From assembly GCA_008632985.1 (NCBI GenBank), contig QPGO01000276.1, forward strand, positions 1 through 64,000: DNA of 64,000 bases. Direction: 5' to 3'. The DNA is from Psammoneis japonica. Taxonomy: Eukaryota. A model generated the notes under the pieces. That model was not told the origin of the DNA, did not search any database, and saw only the letters and a list, made by a program, of their open reading frames with translations. Within the stretch, counting starts at the first letter, position 1. Every line of letters starts with the position of its first letter. The position numbers and the translations under genes were made by a program. Of the stretch, positions 36,162 through 48,002 are shown piece after piece.

Positions 36162-38216
36162 ATGTCGTTAACTCATCGAGCGATACTCACCATGAAGCAA
36201 GCCTTGCAGGGGGCTTCGTCCGATCCAGCATTTCAGCCCGTTGTGCAAATGATTCAAATCAAAGCCGTCACGGCAAACAATGGTGCTGGTGGAGAGCGTT
36301 TTCGTGTACGTATGAAACTACTTTAGAAATGCTGTGCATGCTATTATAAGTTTCCTCGAATCGATTGTAAACTGAATTATTCTTGTTCTGATGACTCTTA
36401 TAGGTGATTCTATCGACGGAGAACACTTTATTCAGGGCATGCTTGCTACACAGTTGAATGAACTGGTGCACTCGAATCAACTCAAGGAGAACGCTCTGTT
36501 GCAGGTGGAGGACTTTATGAACAACCAGATTCAAGGCCGTACCGTAATCATTTTGTTGCGTGTGCATGTCTTGCCCTCGTCTCCGTTGGAGCGTTTGGGA
36601 AGCCCCGTAGATGTCGAAAAGGCTGGCATTCCTGCCGCTCCAGCGGCAGCACCTGCGGCTGCTCCCATGTACAATCGTACCAACAACCAGTACAGCAGTG
36701 CTCCGCCTGCGGCTGCTGCTGCCAAACCGCAAAACAGCTACAACAATAACCCCTATGGTGGCGGCGGTGGCGGTGGTAATAACCCCTACGGAGGAGGAGG
36801 AGCAGGAAATTCGTACGGCAGTCATGCTCAAGACACGGGTCGCTTTGGTGGTTCGATTGCTCGCGATTCTACCGCGGGAAGCACACCCATTACTCCCATT
36901 TCCCAGCTCAACATGTATCAAAACAAGTGGACCATTCGAGCTCGCCTCACCTCAAAGTCCGACATTCGCACCTGGAGCAACGCCAAGGGCGAGGGTTCGC
37001 TCTTTTCCATTGAGCTCTTGGACAGTTCTGGCATGGACATTCGTGCCACCTTTTTCAAGGAAGCCGTGGACAAGTTTTACCACATGTTGGAAGTCAACAA
37101 GGTTTACACGCTTTCGGGAGGGCGACTCAAGGTGGCCAATGTCCAGTAGAACACGTGCAAGTCGAGTTTTGAAATCACCTTTGATCAGAACTCGGAAATC
37201 CATCTGGACAACGATACGGGTGATATTCAAGAACAGATTTATGAGTTTGTCAGGATTGCCGATATCGAAAACACCCAAGCCAACACCAATGTCGACGTGT
37301 TGGCGGTTGTCAAGAACGTCAGCGAACCCGCCACGCTCATTAGCAAAAAGTCGGGACAGAAACTCATCAAGTGTGATTTGACGCTGGTGGACGATTCCGC
37401 TACGGAAATCAACCTGACCGTTTGGGGCGAACAGGCCCGCCGGGCGCCTTCGGAATTTGAAGGCACGCCGGTGGCGGCCTTTCGGCGTGTGCGGGTCTCG
37501 GATTATGGTGGCAAGAGTCTCTCGTCGGGATCGAGTGGTGTGCAGGTCAATCCGCGGCTACCGGAAACGGCACGCCTTTTGCAGTGGTGGCAGAGCGGCG
37601 GTGCCTCGTCGGCGCGGTCCTTGTCCACCGCGACGGGAGGAGGTGGCCGTATGGATGCCTTTGCCGACCGCAAGACGATTAGTTCCATCAAGGAGAACAC
37701 TTGGGGAATTCGGAAAAGCCCGATTGGATCAGTTTCAAGGGAACCATCAACTTTCTCAAAAAGGACAAGGAGGGTGGTGCGTGGTACACGGCGTGCGCCA
37801 ATGCTGGTGAGCCTTGCAAGAACCGTTTCAAGGTGACGCAAACCACGGATGGAAATTGGTTTTGTGACAAGTGCCAGGGTACCTTTGATCATTGTGTCCG
37901 GCGTTGGATCTTTTCGGGAACCATCAATGATGACACGAGTACCACGTGGGTGTCCTTTTCAATGAGCAGGCTGAAACGCTCTTTCAGGGCGCCACGGCGG
38001 ATGACGTGTACAAGAAAACCATGGACGAGGACAGAACCAGGATCTCTAGGACTCTTACTTTGCTCGGGCGGTTGGCACGGATTGGGTGTTCAATGCAAGG
38101 TCAAGCAAGAAAATGTTGGAGACGAAATGCGAACCAAGACGAGTGTTGTCGCCATGCAGCCTGTAGATTATGCCAAGGAGCGCAAAGAAATGCTTGCGGC
38201 TATTGCTCAGTTTTAA
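36162..38216 (+). CDS. RPA1: Replication protein A 70-kDa subunit, disrupted as assembled
   Basis: ITPISQLNMYQNKWTIRARLTSKSDIRTWSNAKGEGSLFS, RVSDYGGKSLS and WYTAC..C..WFCDKC. Intron 36306-36403. Frameshifts near 36413, 37698, 37957 and 38040-38100; in-frame TAG at 37147-37149. Confidence 0.9.
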
Positions 38217-38765
38217 GTTCAAGACGCACAGTAAGCAATGTGACCAAGAGAATGATTCGTAAAGTTGGGTTTGAACAAGCGTCTTCTGCGGGGAATTGTT
38301 ATAACATGAAGTAAAAATTATTTGTGAGTTCTTTTCTTCCTCCAACTAGCTCCAATGTCGCTCGAATATTCCTCTTGTAGGAACAGCCGAAATGCTTCAG
38401 CTTCAGAATCCGGCAAAGACTTTCGATGGTTGCCGAGGGTTCTTGGGTGCTGCTGTTCACGCAAGATTCGTGCTGCATCAGGTGTTGCAGAAACTCCTTG
38501 TCCTCTGAGGACATGAGTGACTCATCCAGCTTCTTGATTTTTTGGCTGAGATACATGGCTCTTTTCTCGCTTGCGCTTCTTCGATTTATTTCTCTGCTTC
38601 TGTGATGTGGCACTTTTCTTCATCTGAGATTTGGCATGTGATTGACAATGAGATTTCAGTGCACTGCTGGGTTTGACACACAAAAGCAGCCAATGTGTCC
38701 ACAAGTCCTGTGTTTCCAGCCCACCGGATCTCACATGAACCTCAACTCTCGTTCAGCGGTCCACT
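37978..38765 (+). repeat. Segmental duplication, copy A (RPA1 3' end plus 3' end of a convergent gene)
   Basis: Colinear with about 43812-44656, e.g. ttgctcagttttaagttcaag and ttgcagaaactccttgtcctctgaggacatgagtgactc. Confidence 0.9.
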
Positions 38766-40520
38766 TTCTGGCAACACTTGGAGAGTCAATGGGCAGGGGC
38801 AACCGCAGTGCACCATGGAGGAGATCCTGCATGGCAACATCAAAGGAGGCTGACACTGCCAGTGCTGCAGGTTGTCACAAGCTTTCCAAAGAAAGTTGTG
38901 GTGCCAGTCTTGGCACCAATGATCACATTGGTGACAGCATCAGTGCAGTCAACAACGAGGGGGCGGTGCAGTCAATGAAGCAGCCACAAGAATGCAGTGG
39001 CTGACCAATGTGAAGTTGGTGCAGATGGTCATGTCAGAAACAGAATCTCAACCAATGGTGTGGATGATGCAATCAATGAAGCCAGAAGCAGCCACAGTGC
39101 AACAGCTGATTGTAAGATCAAGGTGGTGCACATGATCAGGTTTTGGCAGCAGCAACACAGTCAATGGCACAAACAGTGCTGCAGTCAATGAACTAGAAGT
39201 GGCCCCAGCCCCAGTGATGAGCAGTGCAAAAGATTGCTGGAAAAGGCTTTTGTCTCAGGGAAGAAGAAATGGAGCATCTGCTGAGAGGCAGCAGCATCGG
39301 TGCTGAGCTCTCAGACTCACACATCACTCAATGTGACGTTGACAGTGGCACAAACAGCTTCATGAGAAGCACTCCTCTTGTGACAAAATAAAATCAAAAG
39401 CAGCCCTTGCGTGCAAGAACATTCACAAAGTGCGCACTCTGGCAATTTGTCAGAATGACAAATGCTTGTCTGAAGCAAAAAAAGTCAAAGTTGTCACTGT
39501 GGTGCTGAAACTTGCACACAGAAAACCACACTTGACATCTTCATTGTGCCAGGAGTTGGAGCTAGCCTGGGGCAAAGAGAACAGCTGTTGTCAGCAGTGA
39601 TTCCAACAGGCTTCAAAAAGACACATGTGCAAGTGTGCGGCTGCAAGCCTTTTGACTCGACCACCCCTTGCAAGCCCACCTCATGGATCCAAGCCATTTG
39701 GAGTTGCCGACACGTGCTGACCAGCAAATTTGCTGCCAGCGCAGACAAGCAGACAGCCTCAAATGCAGCTGTGACAGAATCAGCAAATGGCAGGCAACAC
39801 ATCTGAGTGCCAGAGCCTCTGCCAACAAGTTGAGACAGCAGAAAAAAGGCACTGGCTGAAGGGCGCAGCAGCATTTCTTGCAAAGGTCAGAGACACAAAA
39901 TGAAAAACAGCACCTGGCACAGCAGCACACTGTGCTGCACTGGCAGAGAACTGGGCAGCCTTTGGGAAGATGCCACGTGGGTGCAACCATGCTGGAGATG
40001 ACCTCAGAGCAGCAGGCTCTGATGCTGCAAAGCAAAAATGGAAGAGGGACTTTGGGTCAGGGGCAACAGTGCTGGTGCCAACCCTGAGTCTCTCCAGCTT
40101 GGCAACAACAGCTTTGAGAACCCACAGTTTAAAAAAAAATCCACAGTTGCTTGTCGCACTTAGAGCAGAGGGCAGTTGCCACTGCCAATGTGCCACCTCT
40201 AGGCTGCTCCAGCATTGCAGACTGTCACCACGTGCTCTCCACTGCTGCCAACTGGGGTGCAGCACCCATGTCAATGCTGCCGACCACCACAATGCCACCA
40301 GCCACAAAGTTCCAGACATGATGCCGCCGAATGCACAAAATGCAGCCGACTGCAAGGCCGCTTGCGCTTGTCTCCGACGCGACAGTGAGCGACGCCACAT
40401 GGCGCCGACTGCGGCTCAACGCTGGTCTTTCGCAGACGAGTGAGCATGGCATGCAGGCAGCAAAAATAATGTCCATGCGTGCGTCGCACTGGCAGAGTGC
40501 CAATGGCAGACAGAGCGGCA
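38400..40520. other. TpA/CpG-depleted domain 4, unidentified degenerate insertion
   Basis: TA nearly absent. Homology to the 44-kb copy stops at about 38765. No recognisable protein. Confidence 0.7.
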
Positions 40521-40885
40521 ACCGGCGCTCTAGAGTAGAGCCGCCCAAAGTAGGATGCCTTACGCTCGCATTCCTTGTTCTTTATGAAGTGTGAAAAGGG
40601 TAATCCAGAAGAAGTCACAAAGATCTTTTTCGTTTTCGTGTCGCAAGTTTCTTTCAAACGGAAACGTCACAGCCACTAAAGCGATTGACAGGCAAGCACT
40701 GTGGGACCCTGTTTCTGAGCCGTAATGGAAAGATATGGGGCTTGACCGCGTTTGCACTGAGACCCATTCTACACACGATTGTCAAACCGGCATTGAATAT
40801 GGCACAACAGCGAGTGTTGCACGCATGTAAAAAGGAGACACACGAATGAATAGCATCTATGTTGATGTACGGTATGATTGTCTCG

Positions 40886-40906
40886 AGAGAGAGAGAGAGA
40901 GAGAGA
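40886..40906 (+). repeat. (GA)n microsatellite
   Basis: Directly visible. Confidence 0.9.
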
Positions 40907-41027
40907 ACCCCCAACCGTCTCCCGAGAAGTTAGTGACTTGGTATATGCGGTGCAAGAAGAACTGTAAACCAAAGAAAATCCAGACCGACAGTCACTCTGC
41001 CCAACGACAAGTAGAACTCGGGCGTCT

Positions 41028-42338
41028 TCACTGGTCGATCCTGTGTGGCTCCGATCCACACACACAAAGGGCGTCGAGTTGCTCCGCCAAGGTGATGAGC
41101 TTGCCCTTTACTTTTTCGGTCGATTCTTGAGCAGCGCTATCCGACTTGCTGCGCGAGCCATCCTCAACGATTGAGGCATCATCCGTCTTGGGCGCCTCTT
41201 CAGTCGATGTTTTTGGCGATTTGCTGGAGTGGCGACGGCGGCGTCTAGGCGAAGGCGTGACTTCGGTTGCCACAATGGAGGAATCGTCGAACGGATGGAA
41301 AACGTCCCTAGGACTTGGTTTAGATCCCTTGTGGGGGCGTCTTTGAGGTGTGCTGTATGCTTTTCCTGTAAGTTCTTCCTCACGTCGTTTGGATTCGTGC
41401 GCCAGCGGAAGGACCCGCGTTGCTGGTGCGTCGTCGTTGCGGAACCTTGAGATGGGAACTTCGTGATTGCGCTCCGTCCGAAGGGCTGTTTCCTTGAGTG
41501 CGTCCCAGATTGCCGCTTGAGGGACTAGGCCGGATTGAGTTACAAGCCCACAAATGTCCGACGGCGCGATACGCGATAAGTCAATAGCCGTTGCCATTAA
41601 TGCTTTGGCAGAGGCTTGTCGCTTCTTGTCTTTCGGAGCATATCGATGGCCAGTCGACGACTGGGAACGGTTGGACCAGCTTAGAAGCGCTTTAAACAAG
41701 GTGACTTCCTCGCAATTCATGAGCTTGTCCGACACAACGAGCTCTAGCGATGTCGAGTCTAGGCACAATACACCCGGGGGTTGAAAATCTTGTGTCTGAT
41801 GCAGCAAGGCACATTCTGGATCCGATCGAATGGCATCCAATACGAGGCGCTGCATAGTCATGGTTTCGTCTTTGCCGTTCGCTACAACTTCATCCAGAAT
41901 GGCACACGCCCAACAAAGCTTCTTGTTGCTACCCTCATCCCAAAGGACCATTGTGACCATGTCACAGGCCAATTCTTGCAGTTTTTTAAGCGAATAGGCA
42001 CGTGCGCAATCGTACAAGTGCACTACTTCCCGTACTGAATCCATATCGCGGGTCGCTGTACGCACAAAATCGACAATGTCGTTGGTTCCACAGAATTCCA
42101 CCATGGCGCGCACCACACAGCCGCTGTAGGGCACTTTGATTTTCGGTTTCGAACACAGGAGCTGCTGCAACACGGGCGATCGAGCCCCTAGCACAAAGCG
42201 CGACGCGGGAACTTGATCCCCGTCGCTCGACACGAGAAAGACATCGGACATTTGGCTGCTATTTGCATGCGCCAACAAATCAGAGGCCAACGTCGAGTCG
42301 TCTTGCTTGGCGGCATCATTGTAGCGACGGTGAGCCAT
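41028..42338 (-). CDS. BTB/POZ domain protein
   Basis: MSDVFLVSSDGDQVPASRFVLGARSPVLQQLL, followed by BACK-like EEVTLFKALLSW. Intact, normal composition. Likely ATG at 42338. Confidence 0.85.
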   Translation of the reverse strand: MAHRRYNDAAKQDDSTLASDLLAHANSSQMSDVFLVSSDGDQVPASRFVLGARSPVLQQLLCSKPKIKVPYSGCVVRAMVEFCGTNDIVDFVRTATRDMDSVREVVHLYDCARAYSLKKLQELACDMVTMVLWDEGSNKKLCWACAILDEVVANGKDETMTMQRLVLDAIRSDPECALLHQTQDFQPPGVLCLDSTSLELVVSDKLMNCEEVTLFKALLSWSNRSQSSTGHRYAPKDKKRQASAKALMATAIDLSRIAPSDICGLVTQSGLVPQAAIWDALKETALRTERNHEVPISRFRNDDAPATRVLPLAHESKRREEELTGKAYSTPQRRPHKGSKPSPRDVFHPFDDSSIVATEVTPSPRRRRRHSSKSPKTSTEEAPKTDDASIVEDGSRSKSDSAAQESTEKVKGKLITLAEQLDALCVCGSEPHRIDQ

Positions 42339-42472
42339 GATGAAAGTGGCTGAAGGATAATGACAATAATAGAAATGAGAATCACTTCTCCAGCAACACA
42401 TGCATTTTATATGGTCTACTAAAAACATGAGGCGCGCGAACGGGTTTGGGTCTGTTCACTCCGCCAAAATCC

Positions 42473-42940
42473 CGCCATTTTTTGTCTATTTGAAATTTTT
42501 AAATAGAGAATTTCAACGGAAAAAATAACGTTCTGGACCAAGTTCAGACATGATGATTTTTCCTCGCTCATTTTACTGTACAGAAAGCTTACAGCATTGG
42601 ATGACAAAATTTCTTTACTATGGAGTAAATTAAATTTCATCATACTGAATAGGTGTGTAAAATTTTATCCTTAAGCATGACGTAGAGAACAATCTTAGTC
42701 TTGAGAAAATGAACTGGCGGGCTCATGCTGACTCACGCCATTTTTTACGTCTATCCATAATTTCTAAATAGAGAATCTCAACGGAAAAAACAACGTTCTG
42801 ACCAAGTTCAGACATGAGGATTTTAAATTAAATTTCATCATACTGGATATGGTGTATAAATTTGATCCTTAAGCATGACGTAGAGAACAATCTTAGCATT
42901 GAGAAAATCGAACTGGCGGGCGGGCTCATGCTGACTCACG
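42473..42940 (+). repeat. AT-rich tandem duplication (~265 bp plus ~205-bp internally deleted copy)
   Basis: cgccattttt..aaatagagaat..ccaagttcagacatga..ccttaagcatgacgtagagaacaatcttag..gggctcatgctgactcacg occurs twice. Confidence 0.9.
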
Positions 42941-43811
42941 GTGTTTTTTTCAGCATTGCATGACAGCGCACCGTGCAGTCCTCGAAGAGAAACACACTGT
43001 CCGAAGAAAGCACTGTGCGTTTGGCGACATTGTAGCTTTTGAAGCTAAAAAAGAGGCACAGAGACACTTTCAAACTTCGTCGCGTCCATCGGTCCAAGCA
43101 CCTGCCAGCAGGGCCAAGTGTCTTGAACAAAGCCACCGACAAAGCTGCAAAATTTAGTGGCTGACAGCTTTGACTGAGGAGACGGCGTCACCAGTCCATT
43201 GCTGCAGCAAAATGGAAAAAATTCTCTCAGTTTACTCACGTGTGTTGGTGCCAACACCATCATTTTGCTCAGGAGGCTCAAGTGTGTCCATGGAGAGTTT
43301 TGGCAGGAACGACAGCGCACACCGTGCCACAGTCTTGAAGAAATGTTTGTGCGCCAGAGGGGCAGCACAATTTGATTGGGGGGCAATTTAAAAATGTGGG
43401 CCCATCTCTCATTTTTCCACGCAGGTTTTGGGTTCATTGCATTTTGGCTTCTGTCGCATTCAATGGGGGCAGTCACACCAGCTTGGCTCACCCACAGTGC
43501 AGGCCCTATGTCTGAAATGCGGGTCAATGACTTTGCCCCGATTTTCGCTGTTGCGGGTCTGTTGTTTGTTCCTGCCTTCCCCCCCTCTCCCCAGTCTGTC
43601 CATTGTCATGTTTCCATTTTCTCACCTCCATTTTAAATTGTTGGCAAATGTCAAATTAAACAGCTGTCTGTTGCCATGCGTTTGCACACCACAAATCCAG
43701 GTTTTCGACTTCTTCCTTGCTGTCTTCCTCTGTCTGCATCTGATTGCCCTCTCCTTCTTGGTTCTCTTCTTTGCTGTCCATGCGTTGCTTGAACCAAACT
43801 TTGTCGCATGT

Positions 43812-44036
43812 GCTCTTTCAGGGTGCCTTGGTGGACGAGGCACACAAGAAAGCCATGGACAAGAACAGAGCCAGGGCAGCTTTGACTCACACTTTTTGCT
43901 TGGGCGGTTGGCATGGATTGGATGCTCAAGTGAGAGACAAAATGCAAACCAAGACAAGTGTTGTCGCTGTGCTGTGACCTGCAGATCATGCCAAGGAGGG
44001 GGCAAAGAAATGCTTGAAGCTGTTGCTCAGTTTTAA
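43812..44036 (+). pseudogene. RPA1: RPA1 3' fragment (duplication copy B), hypermutated
   Basis: Encodes DKMQTKTSVVAV..KEMLEAVAQF versus DEMRTKTSVVAM..KEMLAAIAQF in copy A. Confidence 0.85.
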
Positions 44037-44223
44037 GTTCAAGGCGTGCAGTCAGCAATGTGACCAAGAGAACAATTTGTAAAGTTGAGTTTGAAAAAGC
44101 ATCTTCTGCGGGGAAGTGAAATAAAACACGAAGTCAAAATGCATGCAAGAAATCTTTTCTTCCTCCAACTAGCTCCAGAGGGCTTGTCAATTTATTTCAT
44201 CTGCATGTGCACTGTCAAACACA

Positions 44224-45750
44224 TCATTCAACGTCGCTCGAAAATTCCTCTTGCAGGAACAGCCAAAATGTTTCATCTTCAGAATCCGGTGAGGGTTTTT
44301 CGGTGGTTGCCAAGGGTTCTTGGGTCGTGCTGCTGTCCATGCAAGATTCGTGCTGCATCAGGCATTGCAGAAACTCCTTGTCCTCTGAGGACATGAGTGA
44401 CTCGTCCAGCTCCTTTACTTCATTTGGCTGAAATAAAAGTGAACAGCTTTTTTTCTCGCTTTTGCTTCTTTGACTTGTTTTTCTGCTTCTTTGGCATGGC
44501 ACGTTTCTTCATCTGAGATTTGGCATGTGATTGACAATGAGTTTTCAGTGCACTGCTGCTTTTTGACACACGAAAGCAGCCAATGCATCCACAGGTCCTG
44601 TGCTTCCAGCCCACTGAATTGCGCATGAACCTCAATTCTCGTTCAGCAGTCCACTTGCGCTCAAACAAGGCCTTCCAATCTGCCTTTGATGCCTCAACAG
44701 CCCTGGATCATCTCTCACAAGGCCAAATCATTTGTTGCGCAAATTTCTCCACATGACAGGATCCTTCGAGAGTTCATTCCATGCCTTGCAGATGCCGCTC
44801 ATTCAAACAAGCTGTTTGCATCCCAAGAAGGAAAAAAGTGGTGAAGGACATTGCCGTGGAGACAGTCTCTGACAGGAACATCGACAATGCGCTCATCTTT
44901 TTGTTTGGTTGTTGGAGGCACATTGCGTTGAATGTTTGGCTGATCTGCGCTGTCATCCTTCTCTTCCAATCATTTCAAAGAAGTGAGCAAGCATTTGTGA
45001 CCTGTGCAAGGGCCCATTTGTTCATGAGCACTCCGCAGACCAATCAATTTGGGAAATGGCCAGTTTGTCCCACTGCGAATCGTCAGAACACTTTCACTCC
45101 CACCAGCCACCGCACTCAGCTCCGCAGATGATTCTGCCGAGACATTGTCATTGTCATGAATGGCATCAAAAAAGCTCAAAATGCCTGAAAGCTGCAAGGC
45201 GTGACCAATTTCATCCAACTCGTCTTGGCTCATTCCGTGCAAAAGCCACATGTCAGGAGAATCGCAGAGAATGGACAGCTGCCCAATGAATTCCTTGAAC
45301 AGCCCCTTGTCTCAAGAAATGTTGGAAAACACGTCTCGTCAATGACAAAGAATGTACGAAAGGCATCAAAGCAACGGTCTCATCAACTCATCTTCACACA
45401 TCCTTTTGGCATCATCATCAACCATCTGATTGTTTTCACCTTTCTGCAGCTCCCCACAGGAGACAGCAAGAGCGCGCTTTCTCAAGGGCTGAAGTGACTT
45501 CCAGAGCATTGCTGGGTTGTCAAAGAAACTGCACTTGGCAAGTGGCTCAGAATTCATGCGCAACACAAGCTCTGCATTGGAAATGCCGGCTTTTCCCAGT
45601 TTGTCAGATTTCGAACACGATGCGCAACACAACCAGATGCGATTCATGAGCAAGTCACAGCCTTCCGTTCCAAGTGTGTCGGCAAACAACACTGATGACA
45701 GCCAGAGAGCCGTGCGCAATTCTAGAGTTGCTTCGCTGATTAAGGGGGGT
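44224..45750 (-). pseudogene. Unidentified degenerate gene convergent with the RPA1 fragment
   Basis: Chain of minus-strand ORFs (45366-45719, 44774-44956, 44420-44668, 44224-44502). Its 3' part is duplicated at 38.3-38.77 kb (LDESLMSSEDKEFLQ). Confidence 0.4.
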
Positions 45751-46189
45751 CATTTGCTGCTTTTTTTAGCTCGAATTCGACCGAATGGCTTGTGATTTGC
45801 ATGATTTTTCCTGATTTTCACCGTGCTTCACCGTGGTGAAAACAACAAGCCATGAGTTTGTGACGGAGGTGGTCTGTCTATCAACTCTCGTTTGTTTTAT
45901 GTTCGTTGTGTGTCAAAGGTCATGCATGCATCAAATGTTTGTGGATGGACCACTGCATTTTTGAGCTGTGTTGACATTGCCGTCATCGTCGTGCTTCGAT
46001 CACGGTGCCTGATGTTCTCATTTCATGCGCGATCGGGGGTGAATCTAGTGCATCGCAAACTTTCTGAGTGCACTCTTGCATCCACTCGTGCCTCTCTGGA
46101 GTCCTCAACTCTTCTCACGCACCTCAACACCGCTCGTCTTGGTGATGGCACCTGGAAAGGCTCCACCCATGCCTTCACACTTCATTGGC

Positions 46190-46899
46190 AGGACCAACTT
46201 TGCAAGCACGAAGCTCTCATTCCAGACACGGACCGCTTCTCTGGTCAGAAACGTGTCATGCTCAAAAACACCATTCACCCTGTTGAAGAACTCCATTCGG
46301 TCAAGAATCAGGCAGACCAGTTTCATGTGCAGAATGGCACTGGCCTCTCATGCGAGCAATGCTGTGGGCTCCTGCTTTCTGCAGTGGCACAGTGCAACAG
46401 TGCATTCACCCCCAAGACGGTCCCACGCGCTCCGCGTCATGCCATCTGCGAACATGACCTGGCCCCCGACAACCCTGATGACGATGTGTTCTTCGACATT
46501 GACAGTGATGTTGATGTCATCCAAGCTCATGCCACACAGACTTGAAGGACCAACTTTGCAAGTGTGAAGCTCTCATTCCGGACATGGACCGCTTCTCTGA
46601 TGGTCAGAAATGCGTCATGCTCGAAAACGCCATTCACCCTGTTGAAGAACTCCATTCGGTCAAGAATCAGGCAGACCAGTTTTGTGCGCAGAATGGCACC
46701 AACCTCTCATGCGAGCAATGCTGTGGGCTCCTGCTTTCTGCAGTGCCACAGCGCAACAGTGCGTTCACCCCCAAGATGGCTTCCTGCACTCTGCATCGCG
46801 CCATCCATGAACATGACCTGGCTCCCACAGACCCTGATGACAATGTGTTCTTTGACATGGACAGTGATGTTGATGTCATCCAAGCTTGTGCTGCACAGA
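46190..46899 (+). repeat. ~357-bp tandem duplication in gag
   Basis: aggaccaactttgcaag...catccaagct at about 46190-46540 and 46547-46899. Confidence 0.9.
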
Positions 46900-47844
46900 C
46901 TCGTGACAACTCCCTCACCAGGGAACAATGGCGTTGCATTCCACCGGACCATCAGCGCATCTGGGATGCTCTGCCTCAGTCCACCAAAGCCATCATCCTT
47001 GGATCACGCACTGCTCATGCTGGCAACCACCATGACTCAACGGCCATCAATTTGCATGACCTCCATCTTGGCAGTGATGGCGACGTCAACTTGTCGGCCA
47101 ATGCTCACAACCTTGAGCCAGCCCCCGCAGCTTCCAACGTCGCAGCTGATCTGGCCGATGCTAATCCCATCCTGGCTCACCTCACCAAATGCAAGCCTTT
47201 GCCTCCCGGTGATCTGCAGCGGCTCCTTGCACCTGAACGGCCCTCTTTGGCTTGCTCTGGTGAGAAACCTCCCGGGTCTGCGTCTTCCCGCAACACAGAC
47301 ACTGACATTGAGATCAACGGTCACACTCACCGTCGTGTCAACAATCACAATGTCATCTGTTCCACCTTGACTCACAAATCGACTTGCAAGGTTGCTCTCA
47401 TTGATTGCAGCACAAACGGAGGCATTGCCGGCAAAGATGTTTGCGTCATTGCCTGCACTGATCATCAAGTTGATGCACAGGGTGTCGACAACCATCAGCT
47501 TGTCAACATTCCCATTGTCACTGTGGGCGGTGTCATCCACACCCAACATGGACCCATCATTGCCATCCTCCACCAGCGCGCCTGCACTGGCAAAGGCAAG
47601 ACCATTCACTCATGTGGCCAGCTCGAGTGGCACAAGCACGACGTCAATGATTGGTCCATCAAGGTCCCCAACGGCCTGCAGCGCATCACCACCATCAATG
47701 GTTGCATCATTCCCATCAACATCAAAGGCAGCTTGCCCTGCATTGCCATGCACCCGCACACTGACGCCAAATGGGACAACTTGCCACATGTCATCCTCAC
47801 TGGCGATGACACCTGGGATCCATCTGCACTTGACCACCAGTTCA

Positions 47845-48002
47845 CTGATGACAACACCTGGTGCGATGCCATCTCTGACCTCCAGGATGACCCTGCCACC
47901 ACTCTCTTTGATGAGTTTGGCAACTGATGACAACACCTGGTGCGATGCCATCTCTGACCTCCAGGATGACCCTGCCACCACTCTCTTTGACAAGTTTGGC
48001 AA
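47845..48002 (+). repeat. 79-bp tandem duplication inside the copia element
   Basis: Units start at 47845 and 47924 and are identical except gaTGag versus gaCAag. Confidence 0.95.

Noticed and set aside
47845..48002. CRISPR-like repeats (also 58157-58263 and 31763-31888)
   Set aside because: Only two copies each, no array of unique spacers, no cas genes, eukaryotic context.
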